Assembly: GCA_927911515.1 (NCBI GenBank)
Contig: CAKMQH010000186.1
Coordinates: forward strand, 1-45,559
DNA length: 45,559 bases
Direction of reading: 5' to 3'
Source: an uncultured Neisseria sp.
GTDB taxonomy: Bacteria > Pseudomonadota > Gammaproteobacteria > Burkholderiales > Neisseriaceae
Part shown: one piece after another, positions 23,300-33,023 of the stretch
Layout of the letters: the number at the start of each line of letters is the position of its first letter
Numbering within the stretch: the first letter of the stretch is position 1
Notes under the pieces: generated by a model
Databases searched by the model: none
Told to the model about the DNA's origin: nothing
Seen by the model: the letters and a program-made list of their open reading frames with translations, nothing else
Translations under genes and position numbers: made by a program

Positions 23300-24984
23300 T
23301 TATTCTTGGTCGCCGGACAGTTTGGCTTTCAGCAAGTCGCCGAGGCTGGTAGTACCTGCGCTGGCGGTTGCAGCAGCGTTGACTGAATTCAGGGCTTCGC
23401 GGTTTTCTTTAGCGTCTTTAGCTTTAACAGACAGGCGGATGCTGCGGTTTTTGCGGTCGACGGTTACGATAACGGCTTCAACCTCATCACCTTCTTTCAG
23501 TTTGGTGGTCAGGTCTTCAACGCGGTCGGCTGCGAATTCGGAAGCAGGCAGGTAGCCTTCTACTTCGTCAGACAGGGCAACAACGGCACCTTTGGCGTCA
23601 ACAGATTTCACAGAACCTTTAACCAAAGAACCTTTGTCGTTTACGCTGATGAAGTTACCGAAAGGATCGCCTTCCAGCTGTTTGATACCCAAAGAGATGC
23701 GCTCTTTGTCAACGTCGATTGCCAATACAACGGCTTCAACTTCCTCGCCTTTTTTTGTATTTGCGTACAGCTTCTTCGCCGGCTTCAGTCCAAGACAGGT
23801 CAGACAGGTGAACCAGACCGTCAATGCCGCCAGGCAGACCTACGAATACGCCGAAGTCAGTGATGGATTTAACCGCACCGGAGATTTTGTCGCCTTTGTT
23901 GTGGTTGGCAGCAAATTCTTCCCAAGGATTGGCTTGGCATTGTTTCATACCCAAAGAGATACGGCGGCGGTCTTCGTCGATTTCCAGAATCATGACTTCG
24001 ACTTCATCGCCCAATTGTACGACTTTGCTTGGGTGTACGTTTTTGTTGGTCCAGTCCATTCGGAAACGTGTACCAAACCTTCGATACCTTGTTCGATTTC
24101 AACGAACGCACCGTAATCAGTCAGGTTGGATACTTTACCGAACAGGCGGGTACCTTGTGGGTAACGACGGGTCAGACCGCTCCAAGGATCTTCGCCCAAT
24201 TGTTTCATACCCAGAGAAACGCGTTGTTTGTCTTGGTCGAATTTCAGGACTTTGGCTTCTACTTCTTGACCAACTTCCAAAACTTCGCTCGGGTGTTTCA
24301 CACGGCGCCATGCCAGGTCGGTGATGTGCAACAGACCGTCGATACCGCCCAAGTCAACGAATGCACCGTAGTCAGTGATGTTTTTAACGATACCTTTGAT
24401 GATAGAGCCTTCTTGCAAGTTTTCCAGCAGGGCTTTGCGCTCTTCACCCAAAGTAGCTTCCAGAACGGCGCGACGGGAAACCACGACGTTGTTGCGTTTT
24501 TTGTCCAGTTTGATGACTTTGAATTCGATTTCTTTGCCTTCAAAGTGGGAAGTGTCTTTAACGGGACGTACGTCAACCAAAGAACCCGGCAAGAATGCAC
24601 GGATGCTGTTGATCATGACGGTCAGGCCGCCTTTGACTTTGCCATTGATAACGCCGGACAAGATGTCGCCGTTTTCCATCGCTTCTTCCAAAGCGATCCA
24701 GTCGGCAGCACGTTTGGCTTTTTCGCGGGACAGTTTGGTTTCGCCGAAGCCGTTTTCAACGGATTCATGGTAACGGTAACGAAATCGCCAACTTTAACTT
24801 CAATCTCGCCCTGAGCGTTTTTGAATTCAGCAACGTCAATCAGAGATTCTGATTTCAGACCTGCGTTTACGGTAACGAAGTTTTGATCGATGCCGACTAC
24901 TTCGGCAGTAATCACTTCACCCGGGTTCATTTCTTGCAGGGTAAAGCTTTCTTCCAGCAGCTGGGCAAAATTTTCCATAGTCAT
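23300..24984 (-). CDS. rpsA: 30S ribosomal protein S1; three indels near 24768, 24060 and 23755
   Basis: [13 protein letters not shown], repeated S1 domains ([37 protein letters not shown]), C-terminal [12 protein letters not shown]. Confidence 0.96.
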
Positions 24985-25000
24985 ATATACTCTTTTCGGT

Positions 25001-25059
25001 ACACCGCCAAGGGGTGCGGGGTAGGTTGGAGAATGCCTGCCGCCCTTGGCACGGCAGGC
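25001..25059 (-). promoter_or_regulatory. Structured rpsA 5' leader: two hairpins with complementary loops
   Basis: GCCTGCCG-TGCCAAGGG-CGGCAGGC and GCACC-CCTTGGC-GGTGT; loops GCCAAGG and CCTTGGC are exact complements. Confidence 0.6.
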
Positions 25060-25139
25060 TTTGAAAATAAACATTTCAGACGACCTTCGGATGCTCCAAA
25101 GGTCGTCTGAAACAAAACGTAGGGATTATACCCTAATTT

Positions 25140-25799
25140 TTAAACTTTATGATACCAATCAAGCACTTTTTTTACAGCTTCTTCGATACTCAGCCCGCCC
25201 GTATCCAAAAGCTCTGCGTCAGGAAGCTGCTTCAAGGGCGCGACACTGCGGCGGCGGTCCGCTTCATCGCGTGCTTCGATATCCGACAAAATCCGTTCAA
25301 ATTCCAAGCCTTCGCACGGAATGCCGATTTGTTTGGCGCGACGTTCCGCCCGTATTTTCGCACCTGCGGTCAGGAAAACCTTTAACGTCGCATCGGGGAA
25401 AACAACCGAACCCATATCACGCCCGTCGGCAACCAACCCTTTTTCGGTCAGAAAATCACGCTGCCGCTGCAAAAGCGCGGCGCGCACTTTCGGCAACTGC
25501 GCCACTGCAGACGCGCCCATACCGATTGCTTCGCTGCGGATTTGTCCTGAAACGTCTTCATCTTCCAAAAAAACCTGCGACCCTTCAAAACGGGCAGGCA
25601 GATTTTCTGCCAACTCGGCAACCGCCTCTTCATCGCTCCATTCCACATCCCGCTTCTTCGCATACAGCGCGGTCAGGCGGTATAACGCGCCGGAGTCCAG
25701 ATAATCAAATCCCAAAGCCTGAGCGACACGGGAAGCGACCGTCCCTTTTCCCGAGGCACTGGGCCCGTCGATAGCGATGACTTTTTGTTTGGTATTCAT
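25140..25799 (-). CDS. cmk: Cytidylate kinase
   Basis: IAIDGPSASGKGT, LDSGALYR, ADGRDMG, RDEADRRRSVAPL. Confidence 0.97.
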   Translation of the reverse strand: MNTKQKVIAIDGPSASGKGTVASRVAQALGFDYLDSGALYRLTALYAKKRDVEWSDEEAVAELAENLPARFEGSQVFLEDEDVSGQIRSEAIGMGASAVAQLPKVRAALLQRQRDFLTEKGLVADGRDMGSVVFPDATLKVFLTAGAKIRAERRAKQIGIPCEGLEFERILSDIEARDEADRRRSVAPLKQLPDAELLDTGGLSIEEAVKKVLDWYHKV

Positions 25800-25888
25800 A
25801 TTTTGGCTTTCTGAGAATAATGTAGGAGGTCGTCTGAAAGGACGTATCAGGCAGGCATTATATAGATAATTATTTAATAATGAGAACC

Positions 25889-25921
25889 GAGGTCGTCTGA
25901 AAAAGCGTTTCAGACGACCTC
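25889..25921. repeat. Inverted DUS pair in the divergent cmk/uraA intergenic region
   Basis: GAGGTCGTCTGAAA-AAGCG-TTTCAGACGACCTC. Confidence 0.8.
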
Positions 25922-26135
25922 TGGTGTCAATTGGAGCTTGGATATAAACCTGACTTTATTTGTTATTATTTCGTTTGGGTAATTCAGATGAAGATTTGGC
26001 AGGTTAGGAGTAGGGCAGTTCAGTTTTGTTTTTAGGGGCTTGGAATATTTAATGGATTATTTGTAAATTAATGTTCATTTATGGGGTGAAACTGTATAAT
26101 TCCCGCCGTTTGAATTGATTTGACGAGGCTTTTTG

Positions 26136-27350
26136 ATGAACCAGCTTAAATTGGCGGTTTCCGGCGCGCAGATTTTGTTTGTGGCGTTCGGAGCGATGGT
26201 GCTTGTTCCGCTTTTGACCAAACTGAATCCTTCCTTGGCACTTTTAGGGGCGGGCATCGGTACGCTGCTCTTTCAAATAGTCACCAAGCGTAAAGTGCCG
26301 ATTTTCCTCGGCTCTTCTTTTGCCTTTATCGCGCCGATTATCTACTCCCTTAAAACATGGGGCCTACCTTCGACCATGTTCGGGCTGTTTGCGGCGGGTT
26401 TTATGTATTTCGTGTTTGCCGGATTGATCAGATGGCGCGGGCTGGCTACGGTCAACCGGCTGCTGCCGCCTGTGGTTATCGGGCCTGTGATTATGGTCAT
26501 CGGCTTGTCTGTCGCTGCAGCCGCAAGTGAAATGGCAATGGGCAAATCCAGCGGAAAGCAAGTAATAGACTATGCGGATGCGCTGATTTTGTCGGGCTTT
26601 ACGTTTGCCGTTACGGTGGTTGTATCGGTTTTCGGCAGCCGTATGATGAAACTGGTTCCGATTTTAATCGGCGTGGCCGCAGGCTATATTTTGGCTTTGG
26701 TCATGGGCTTGGTAGATACCACCACCATCGCGGCTGCGCCGTGGTTTGAAGTACCACATTTTGAAACACCGCAAGTCAACTGGCAGGCAGCGCTGTTTAT
26801 GCTGCCCGTCGCCATCGCGCCCGCCATCGAACACATCGGCGGCATCATGGCAATCGGCAATGTAACGGGCAACAACTACACCAAAGACCCGGGTTTGGAT
26901 AAAACGCTGGCTGGCGACGGCTTGGGTGTATGCGTGGCAGGTTTGATCGGCGGTCCGCCGGTAACGACTTACGGCGAGGTAACGGGCGCGGTGATGATTA
27001 CGAAAAACAGCAATCCGGTTATTATGACTTGGGCGGCGATTTTCGCTATCGCCATGGCGTTTTTCGGCAAATTCAATGCTTTCCTCACTTCCATCCCTCT
27101 GCCCGTAATGGGCGGTATCATGCTGCTTTTGTTCGGCACGATTGCTTCTTTGGGCATTAAAACGTTGGTGGATGCGAAAGTGGATTTGATGCAACCGAAA
27201 AATCTGGTGATTGTCAGCTCGGTTCTGACAGTTGGCGTCGGCGGCATGGCGGTTCATGTCGGTACGTTGAGTTTTGCCGGCGTCGGTTTGTGCGCCATTT
27301 TGGCAATCGTATTGAACTTCTTGCTACCGGATCCGAAGACGGAAAGTTGA
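26136..27350 (+). CDS. uraA: Uracil permease (NCS2 family)
   Basis: QILFVAFGAMVLVP, FLGSSFAF, EHIG, GGPPVTTYGE, PVMGGI; ATG 26136. Confidence 0.93.
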   Translation: MNQLKLAVSGAQILFVAFGAMVLVPLLTKLNPSLALLGAGIGTLLFQIVTKRKVPIFLGSSFAFIAPIIYSLKTWGLPSTMFGLFAAGFMYFVFAGLIRWRGLATVNRLLPPVVIGPVIMVIGLSVAAAASEMAMGKSSGKQVIDYADALILSGFTFAVTVVVSVFGSRMMKLVPILIGVAAGYILALVMGLVDTTTIAAAPWFEVPHFETPQVNWQAALFMLPVAIAPAIEHIGGIMAIGNVTGNNYTKDPGLDKTLAGDGLGVCVAGLIGGPPVTTYGEVTGAVMITKNSNPVIMTWAAIFAIAMAFFGKFNAFLTSIPLPVMGGIMLLLFGTIASLGIKTLVDAKVDLMQPKNLVIVSSVLTVGVGGMAVHVGTLSFAGVGLCAILAIVLNFLLPDPKTES

Positions 27351-27372
27351 TTCGGCATTACCGTCGATAAGG

Positions 27373-27423
27373 TAAAAAGGTCGTCTGAAATGGGGAATGC
27401 CTTGATTTCAGACGACCTTTTTT
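27373..27423 (+). terminator. DUS hairpin terminator of uraA
   Basis: AAAAAGGTCGTCTGAAAT ... ATTTCAGACGACCTTTTTT. Confidence 0.8.
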
Positions 27424-27448
27424 AGCAAAAGATTTGATGTTGGAAAAA

Positions 27449-27604
27449 TATAGTGGATTAACTTTAAACCAGTACGGCGTTGCCTCGCCTTAGCTCAAAG
27501 AGAAGGATTCTCTAAGGTGCTGAAGCACCAAGTGAATCGGTTCCGTACTATCTGTACTTTCTGCGGCTTCGTCGCCTTGTCCTGATTTAAATTAATCCAC
27601 TATA
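27449..27604. mobile_element. Correia element, long form, opposite orientation to the 5011 copy
   Basis: TATAGTGGATTAACTTTAAACCAGTACGG...ATTAATCCACTATA. Confidence 0.95.
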
Positions 27605-27689
27605 ACAATAAGTCGTCTGAAATGATATTCTTGCCATATAGATATATTGATATGTTAATATCCTATTTTTATTAAACAGGAAAGTAACC

Positions 27690-28267
27690 ATGTTGCACAA
27701 AATCGGGATCATGAGCGCGTTGATTTTGGGTCTCGCCATGCCGGCCGCTGCCGAATGTTTGATTCAAAAAGACAGCATCGCAGGAATTAAATTAGGGCAG
27801 AGCTTAAAGCAGGTAAAACAGAAATTCCCGAAGGCGAAAATGGAGAGAACAAGTGATGCCGAAGGTGTGGCGTATGTTGCCATTACGCTGTCTAAAGACG
27901 TTATGGTTATCGCTTTGCAAGATGGAGACGACAATCCTGATTCTCCTATAAAACTCCATAAAAAAAATTGATTCTTTGAGCACCTATTCTCCCGCCTGTC
28001 ACACGGTTTCGGGGGTACATCCGGGCATGAAGATCAAAGATGCAGAAGCCAAACTGGGTAAAGTCAAAAAAAATCATAATGTCGGAAATCGAATCTCGTG
28101 AATACGCAATATTTACCCGCCACCCGAAACATTTCGACTTTAGAATGGAAATAGGAACAGGAATTTATCCGGGTAAAGGTAGAGCACCGAATCAAACTCG
28201 GCGTTACCGTAAAGGGGGCAGTATTTTAGAAATTTCTGTATCTAAATACGGAGGTTTTGATAACTGA
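27690..28267 (+). CDS. Secreted hypothetical protein of about 190 aa; two +1 indels in A8 runs at 27960-27967 and 28066-28073
   Basis: SD CAGGA, signal peptide MLHKIGIMSALILGLAMPAAA; shortening both A8 runs to A7 joins ORF 27690, a middle frame (IDSLSTYSPACHTVSGVHPGMKIKDAEAKLG) and ORF 28040. Confidence 0.7.
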
Positions 28268-28515
28268 AGAGAAGGGCATTAGGTAAAAAGCTTACAAGGC
28301 CGACTATGGAATAGAAACGCTCCTGTATGTTCCAGCTGGCTTTTAAAATCCCTGAAAACTGTCCAAACGGCTATGGGATTTGAACAACTTCCGCCTTGTA
28401 ACTGTTGCCGATTGATTTCACTATATAATACAGGTCTCTGAAAACCGGATTTCCGTTTTCAGACGACCTTTTTGATGCTTACCTGCCTTAACCGTTTATT
28501 TGTGCGCCTAGAGTA

Positions 28516-28542
28516 TTGAATCTATGCCTTCCGCCCTTATAA
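28516..28542 (+). promoter_or_regulatory. Possible sigma32 (RpoH) promoter for cbpA-cbpM
   Basis: TTGAAT-N13-CCTTATAA resembles the TTGAAA-N13/14-CCCCATNT consensus and lies upstream of a DnaJ-class chaperone. Confidence 0.4.
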
Positions 28543-28590
28543 ATAGCAAATACGGCATAATGATTAACATGATAAAGACGGAAGAACGAT

Positions 28591-29537
28591 ATGGCAGAAA
28601 AAAACCTATTACGAAATTCTCGGCGTGGACAAAACCGCCGACGCCGACACCATTAAAAAAGGCCTACCGCAAACTGGTACGCAAATACCATCCCGACGTC
28701 AGCAAAGAACCTGACGCCGCCGAGCGCACCGCCGAAATCAACACCGCCTACGAAACCTTATCCGACCGTGAAAAGCGTGCCGAATACGACGAATTGCTGG
28801 CCAACCCCTACGGCCGCAGCGCAGGCGGCAATCCGTTCGGCGGTGCGCAATCCGGCGGCTTTCACTACGAATACCGCGGCGGCGAACCTTTCGGTGCGGG
28901 CGATTTCAATTTTGAAGATTTGTTTGCCGGCTTCGGCCGCAGTCAGAGACATGCACACGCAAGGCCGGACGGCCCGATTAAAGGCGAAGACCAGCATGCC
29001 GAACTGAGTATCGATATTTACGCCGCTTATGTCGGCGCGGAGCGTTCGCTGAACCTGAACGTACCGACCGTGGACGAATACGGCCGCGTCGGTTATCAGA
29101 CCAAAACCTTAAACGTCAAAATTCCCAAAGGCATTACCGAAGGCCAGCAAATCCGTTTGGCGGGACAGGGCCTGCCCGGCCACAACGGCGGCGCAAACGG
29201 CGATTTGTATCTGAAAATCAAGTTCCACGACAAACCCGATTTATACGTTAAAAACAAAAAAGACGTATACCAGACCATAGACGTCAAGCCTTGGGAAGCC
29301 GTATTGGGTGGCAAAATCATCGTTCCCACCGCAGCGGGACGTTTGCAGGTCAACCTGCCCGCCAACAGCCAAAACGGTAAAAGCATACGCCTGAAAGGCA
29401 AAGGCATTCCGGCCAAAGAAGCGGGCGATTTGTACCTCAACATCCGCATCAGCGTTCCCAAGGCCGAAAGCGAAGCCGACCGCGCCGCATGGGCGCAGCT
29501 TGCCGCCCACTTTGACGGCAAAAGCGCATCAAATTGA
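28591..29537 (+). CDS. cbpA: DnaJ-class chaperone CbpA (no zinc finger); two +1 indels near the 5' end
   Basis: Reconstructed [31 protein letters not shown] (J-domain HPD), G/F-rich region, C-domain [14 protein letters not shown]; followed by cbpM. Confidence 0.9.
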
Positions 29538-29548
29538 AAGGACAAACC

Positions 29549-29842
29549 ATGACGCAACACACCGACATTACCCTGACTTTCGAAGAAATCCTCGCTGCCA
29601 GCCGCTGCCGCCGCGATTGGCTGCTGGAGCTGATAGAGGAAGAAATCATCAGCGTAAACGGCAGGCCGGAACAAACTTTGTACAGCGGCTTCCAACTCGC
29701 CCGCATCCGCCGCGCCCAGCGTCTGAGCCGCGACTTTGATGCCGGCATTCCCGCACTCGGCCTGATTATGCGCCTGCTGGACGAAGTGGAAGAATTGCGC
29801 AAGGCACAGCAGCCCTTATCCCTTCTGGATGAAGGCAAATAG
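29549..29842 (+). CDS. cbpM: Chaperone modulator CbpM
   Basis: MerR-like LLELIEEEII..ARIRRAQRLSRDFD..GLIMRLLDEVEELR, directly after cbpA. Confidence 0.88.
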   Translation: MTQHTDITLTFEEILAASRCRRDWLLELIEEEIISVNGRPEQTLYSGFQLARIRRAQRLSRDFDAGIPALGLIMRLLDEVEELRKAQQPLSLLDEGK

Positions 29843-29856
29843 CGGTCAACAAAAGA

Positions 29857-29892
29857 AGGCCGTCTGAAAACAGTTTTCAGACGACCTTTTTT
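29857..29892 (+). terminator. DUS hairpin with mixed dialects (AG-DUS and AG-mucDUS)
   Basis: AGGCCGTCTGAAAAC-A-GTTTTCAGACGACCT followed by a T-run. Confidence 0.7.
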
Positions 29893-29909
29893 CAATACGG
29901 GAAACGAAA

Positions 29910-31667
29910 ATGGCTGAGAATACCGCCGATGATTTGAACCTTGCCGCCGCTCAAGCGGCCGGGCATTTGCTGGAGCGTTGCGTACCGGAGCATGCTGCGG
30001 TACTGACGCCTTATGTGTTGCGGCTGTTTGCTGCTTTGCAGAACGGGCATTCGTTTGTTTGGCTGGATGAGGGCGAGGCGGAGGAATTGGCGGGATTGGC
30101 GCCGACAGTCGGGCAGGGCGCGTCGCCATTGGTATTGCAGGGCAGAAAGTTGTTTTTGGGGCGGATGTGGCAGCTCGAGCATGATTTGGCGGCTGAAATC
30201 GAGCGTTTGGCAGAAGCGGAAGTCGAGCCTGTGGATTGGATGAGCGCATCGCAAAACTTGTCTTGCTGGTTTGCCGATAAAGGAAGCGAAGGCCAGCGGG
30301 ATGCGGCGGGGCTTGCTTTGCTTCAGACGTTTATGCTGATTACGGGCGGGCCGGGTACGGGCAAGACGACGACGGTGGCAAAACTTTTGGGGCTGATTTG
30401 CACCAACTCTTCCACGCGCCTGCCGCGTATCGCGCTTGCCGCGCCGACGGGCAAGGCGGCGGCGCATATGGCGCGCGCGCTGCATCGGGCGGTGGACGGT
30501 TTCGAGATGCCGGATGCGGTGCGTAATCATTTGTCCGCGCTGGAAGGGCAGACGGTTCACCGCCTTTTGAAACTGCGCCCGCCGCAAATGCTGCCTGTGT
30601 TTGACGGCAACCGTCCGCTGCCTTTGGATGTCTTGGTGGTGGATGAGGCTTCGATGTTGGATGTTTCCTTGCTGCTTTACTTGCTGCGTGCGATTCCGTC
30701 GGGTTGCCGCGTGATTTTTTTGGGAGACGAGTTCCAGCTGCCTTCGGTCGGCGTCGGCGCGGTATTGGCGGCGTTGTCGAGACAGACGGTTTTGGATAAG
30801 GATACGGCGGAGCAGCTGGGTATTTATCTGCCGGAACACGGTTTCCCCGTGGAGGAAAATCCGCCGGCTTTGTCGCAAAACGTCGCGCAACTGACGGTCA
30901 GCCACCGTTTCGGCGCAGACAGCGGCATCGGTTGTTTGGCTAGGGCGGTTGTGTCGGGTAAGAGCGGGGAAGGTTGGGCGCAGTTTGCCTTGTTCCCCGA
31001 CGAGCTGGAAATCCGCGAAGGTCGTCTGAAACAGCAGGCGGAGCTGCTTTACCGCAAACACGAAAAATACTGGCAGGCAGTCGATAAAAACGATGTGGCG
31101 CTGGCGTTCGGACACGCGGCGGATGTGGTCGTTTTGGCGGCATGGCGGCAGGACGCGGAGGCGTTCAACGAAGAGTATTGCCGTTATCTGCAACGCAAAC
31201 ATCGGGCGGGCACGGATACGCCGTGGTTCGCGGGACAAATCATCATGATTGCGCGCAACGACTATACGCTGGAAGTGTTCAACGGCGACATCGGGCTGAT
31301 TATGCCCGACGCAGAATCGGCAAATGGTTTGGCGGCGTATTTCCCGAATGCGGACGGTTTCAAAAAAATCGCCATCAGCCGTCTGCCGCAGTTTGAATCC
31401 GCGTTCGCCATGACCGTGCATAAAAGCCAAGGTTCGGAATATCGGGAAGTGTGGCTGCTGCCGCCGTCGGGGAAAATAGAGCAGAGTGGAGATGACGCGC
31501 TGTCGGGCTTAAACAATGCGCTGCTTTACACCGCCATCACCCGCGCACGCGAACGCTTCGTTTTTTGGGGAAATGAAGAACAATGGCGGATGGCGGTGGA
31601 GACCCGAAAAAACCGCCGCACGGCATTGGGCGAAATCTTGGATACCATGTTCGGATCGAAAGCTTGA
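29910..31667 (+). CDS. recD: Exodeoxyribonuclease V alpha subunit
   Basis: ITGGPGTGKTTTV, AAPTGKAA, VVDEASM, LGDEFQLPSV, AMTVHKSQGSE, LYTAITRAR. Confidence 0.95.
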   Translation: MAENTADDLNLAAAQAAGHLLERCVPEHAAVLTPYVLRLFAALQNGHSFVWLDEGEAEELAGLAPTVGQGASPLVLQGRKLFLGRMWQLEHDLAAEIERLAEAEVEPVDWMSASQNLSCWFADKGSEGQRDAAGLALLQTFMLITGGPGTGKTTTVAKLLGLICTNSSTRLPRIALAAPTGKAAAHMARALHRAVDGFEMPDAVRNHLSALEGQTVHRLLKLRPPQMLPVFDGNRPLPLDVLVVDEASMLDVSLLLYLLRAIPSGCRVIFLGDEFQLPSVGVGAVLAALSRQTVLDKDTAEQLGIYLPEHGFPVEENPPALSQNVAQLTVSHRFGADSGIGCLARAVVSGKSGEGWAQFALFPDELEIREGRLKQQAELLYRKHEKYWQAVDKNDVALAFGHAADVVVLAAWRQDAEAFNEEYCRYLQRKHRAGTDTPWFAGQIIMIARNDYTLEVFNGDIGLIMPDAESANGLAAYFPNADGFKKIAISRLPQFESAFAMTVHKSQGSEYREVWLLPPSGKIEQSGDDALSGLNNALLYTAITRARERFVFWGNEEQWRMAVETRKNRRTALGEILDTMFGSKA

Positions 31668-31705
31668 ATAAAACCCTAAGGGTCGTCTGAAAACGGAACG
31701 GATAC

Positions 31706-31758
31706 TGAACTGCACCTTGTGAGTTGGAGGGGATATCCAACTTTTGGGGTGCAGTTCA
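31706..31758. mobile_element. 53-bp IS3-family-like miniature remnant (two inverted ends, no transposase)
   Basis: TGAACTGCACCTTGTGAGTTGGA-N7-TCCAACTTTTGGGGTGCAGTTCA; TG...CA termini; the right arm resembles IS150/IS861-group terminal repeats. Confidence 0.65.
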
Positions 31759-31910
31759 GCTTGCTAAATTCGTTTTCAGAGACCTTTTACGAAATAATGT
31801 GTCGAGGTCGTCTGAAAACTTGTTCGACGACATCGGCACATTATTTTTTAAGACAACTCTGTTTCCAACACTTTTGCGGTTGCGGCAGGATTAGATTTGC
31901 ACGGATATAT

Positions 31911-32917
31911 TTATTGCGCCGGCGAAAACGCATCCGAATAGAAGGCTGTTTCAGGCAGGCTGCATTGCGCGGTCAACACGGATTTCGCGCTTTCGATCAT
32001 GGAGACGGAGCCGCAGGCATAAACTTCGTAGCCGCTCAAGTCGGGATAATTCTTCTGGGCGGCGGTTTGGACGTACCCTTTTCGCCTTGCCAGCCCTCAT
32101 CGGCCTTTGAAAGGACGGGAGTGAAGCAGGCGTTTTTCAGACGACCTGTCAGCTCTTGCGCTTCTTCGAGGGCGTACAAATCATCTTGATGACGTGCACC
32201 CCAGTAAAGATGGACGGCGCGGCTGCTGTCTTGGCGGATAAGGTCGAGCAGGATGCTTCGGATGGGGGCATAGCCTGTACCGGTTGCTAGCAGGATGATC
32301 GGTTTGTCACTGTCTTCTAGCAAGGTAAACGAACCGAGCGGGCCTTTGATGCGGACGATGCCTTTTTCTTTGACTTTGGGTTCGCTGCCGAAAATCATTT
32401 CCGAGCAGACGCCATTTTCGCGCCTGCGGATGTGCAGTTCCAAAATGCCTTCTTGGTCGGGCGAATTGGCGATGGAGTAGCTGCGGCTGACGTTGCCCGG
32501 CAGCAGTAAATCAATGTATTGCCCGGCGTAGAAGGCAAACGGCGGAGCTTTGGGCAGCGCAAGTTTCAAGAGGGCGGCATCGTGTTTGAAAACAATGCTT
32601 TCGATACGGGCGGGCAGGGTGCGGACGGGGAGGGCATTGGCGTTGTAGCCGGGAATGTTGATGCTGATATCGCTTTGCGCGGTGGTGCAGCACATCAAAA
32701 TCTTGCCTTGGGCTTTTTCTGCTTCGGATAAGGCCTGTTCAGAGTGTTCGCCCATTTGAATATCGCCTCTCACCAGTTCGGCTTTGCATTGCCCGCAGGC
32801 ACCGCTTTTGCAGGAATGGGGCAGATTGAGGTTTTGACGGGAGGCGGCAACTAAAACTGTTTCGCCGTCGTTGGCGGTAAAGGTGGTTTGGTCGGGTAGG
32901 GTAATGGTGTGGGTCAT
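31911..32917 (-). CDS. 2Fe-2S ferredoxin / FAD-NAD(P) oxidoreductase (CDP-6-deoxy-glucoseen reductase-like); frameshift near 32078
   Basis: SCKSGACGQC..LMC, RSYSIAN, GPLGSF, ATGTGYAP, YWGAR; the shifted tail YEVYACGS..FYSDAFSPAQ ends at TAA 31911-31913. Confidence 0.88.
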
Positions 32918-32949
32918 GGCTTGGTGTGGTTTGAATGGATTAAGTTAAA

Positions 32950-33010
32950 AGGTCGTCTGAAAGCTTGTTTTCCGTTTTACCTTCGTTGGAACTTTGCTTT
33001 CAGACGACCT
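32950..33010. terminator. Inverted DUS pair downstream of gatB
   Basis: AGGTCGTCTGAAAGC ... GCTTTCAGACGACCT. Confidence 0.65.
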
Positions 33011-33023
33011 GTGTGATAACGGA

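Noticed and set aside
25857..25890. Fur-box-like sequence between cmk and uraA
   Set aside because: About 12 of 19 matches by eye in AT-rich DNA, with no iron-related target.
29892..31430. 512-aa antisense ORF
   Set aside because: Shadow of GC-rich recD; Arg/Gln-rich composition typical of non-coding frames.
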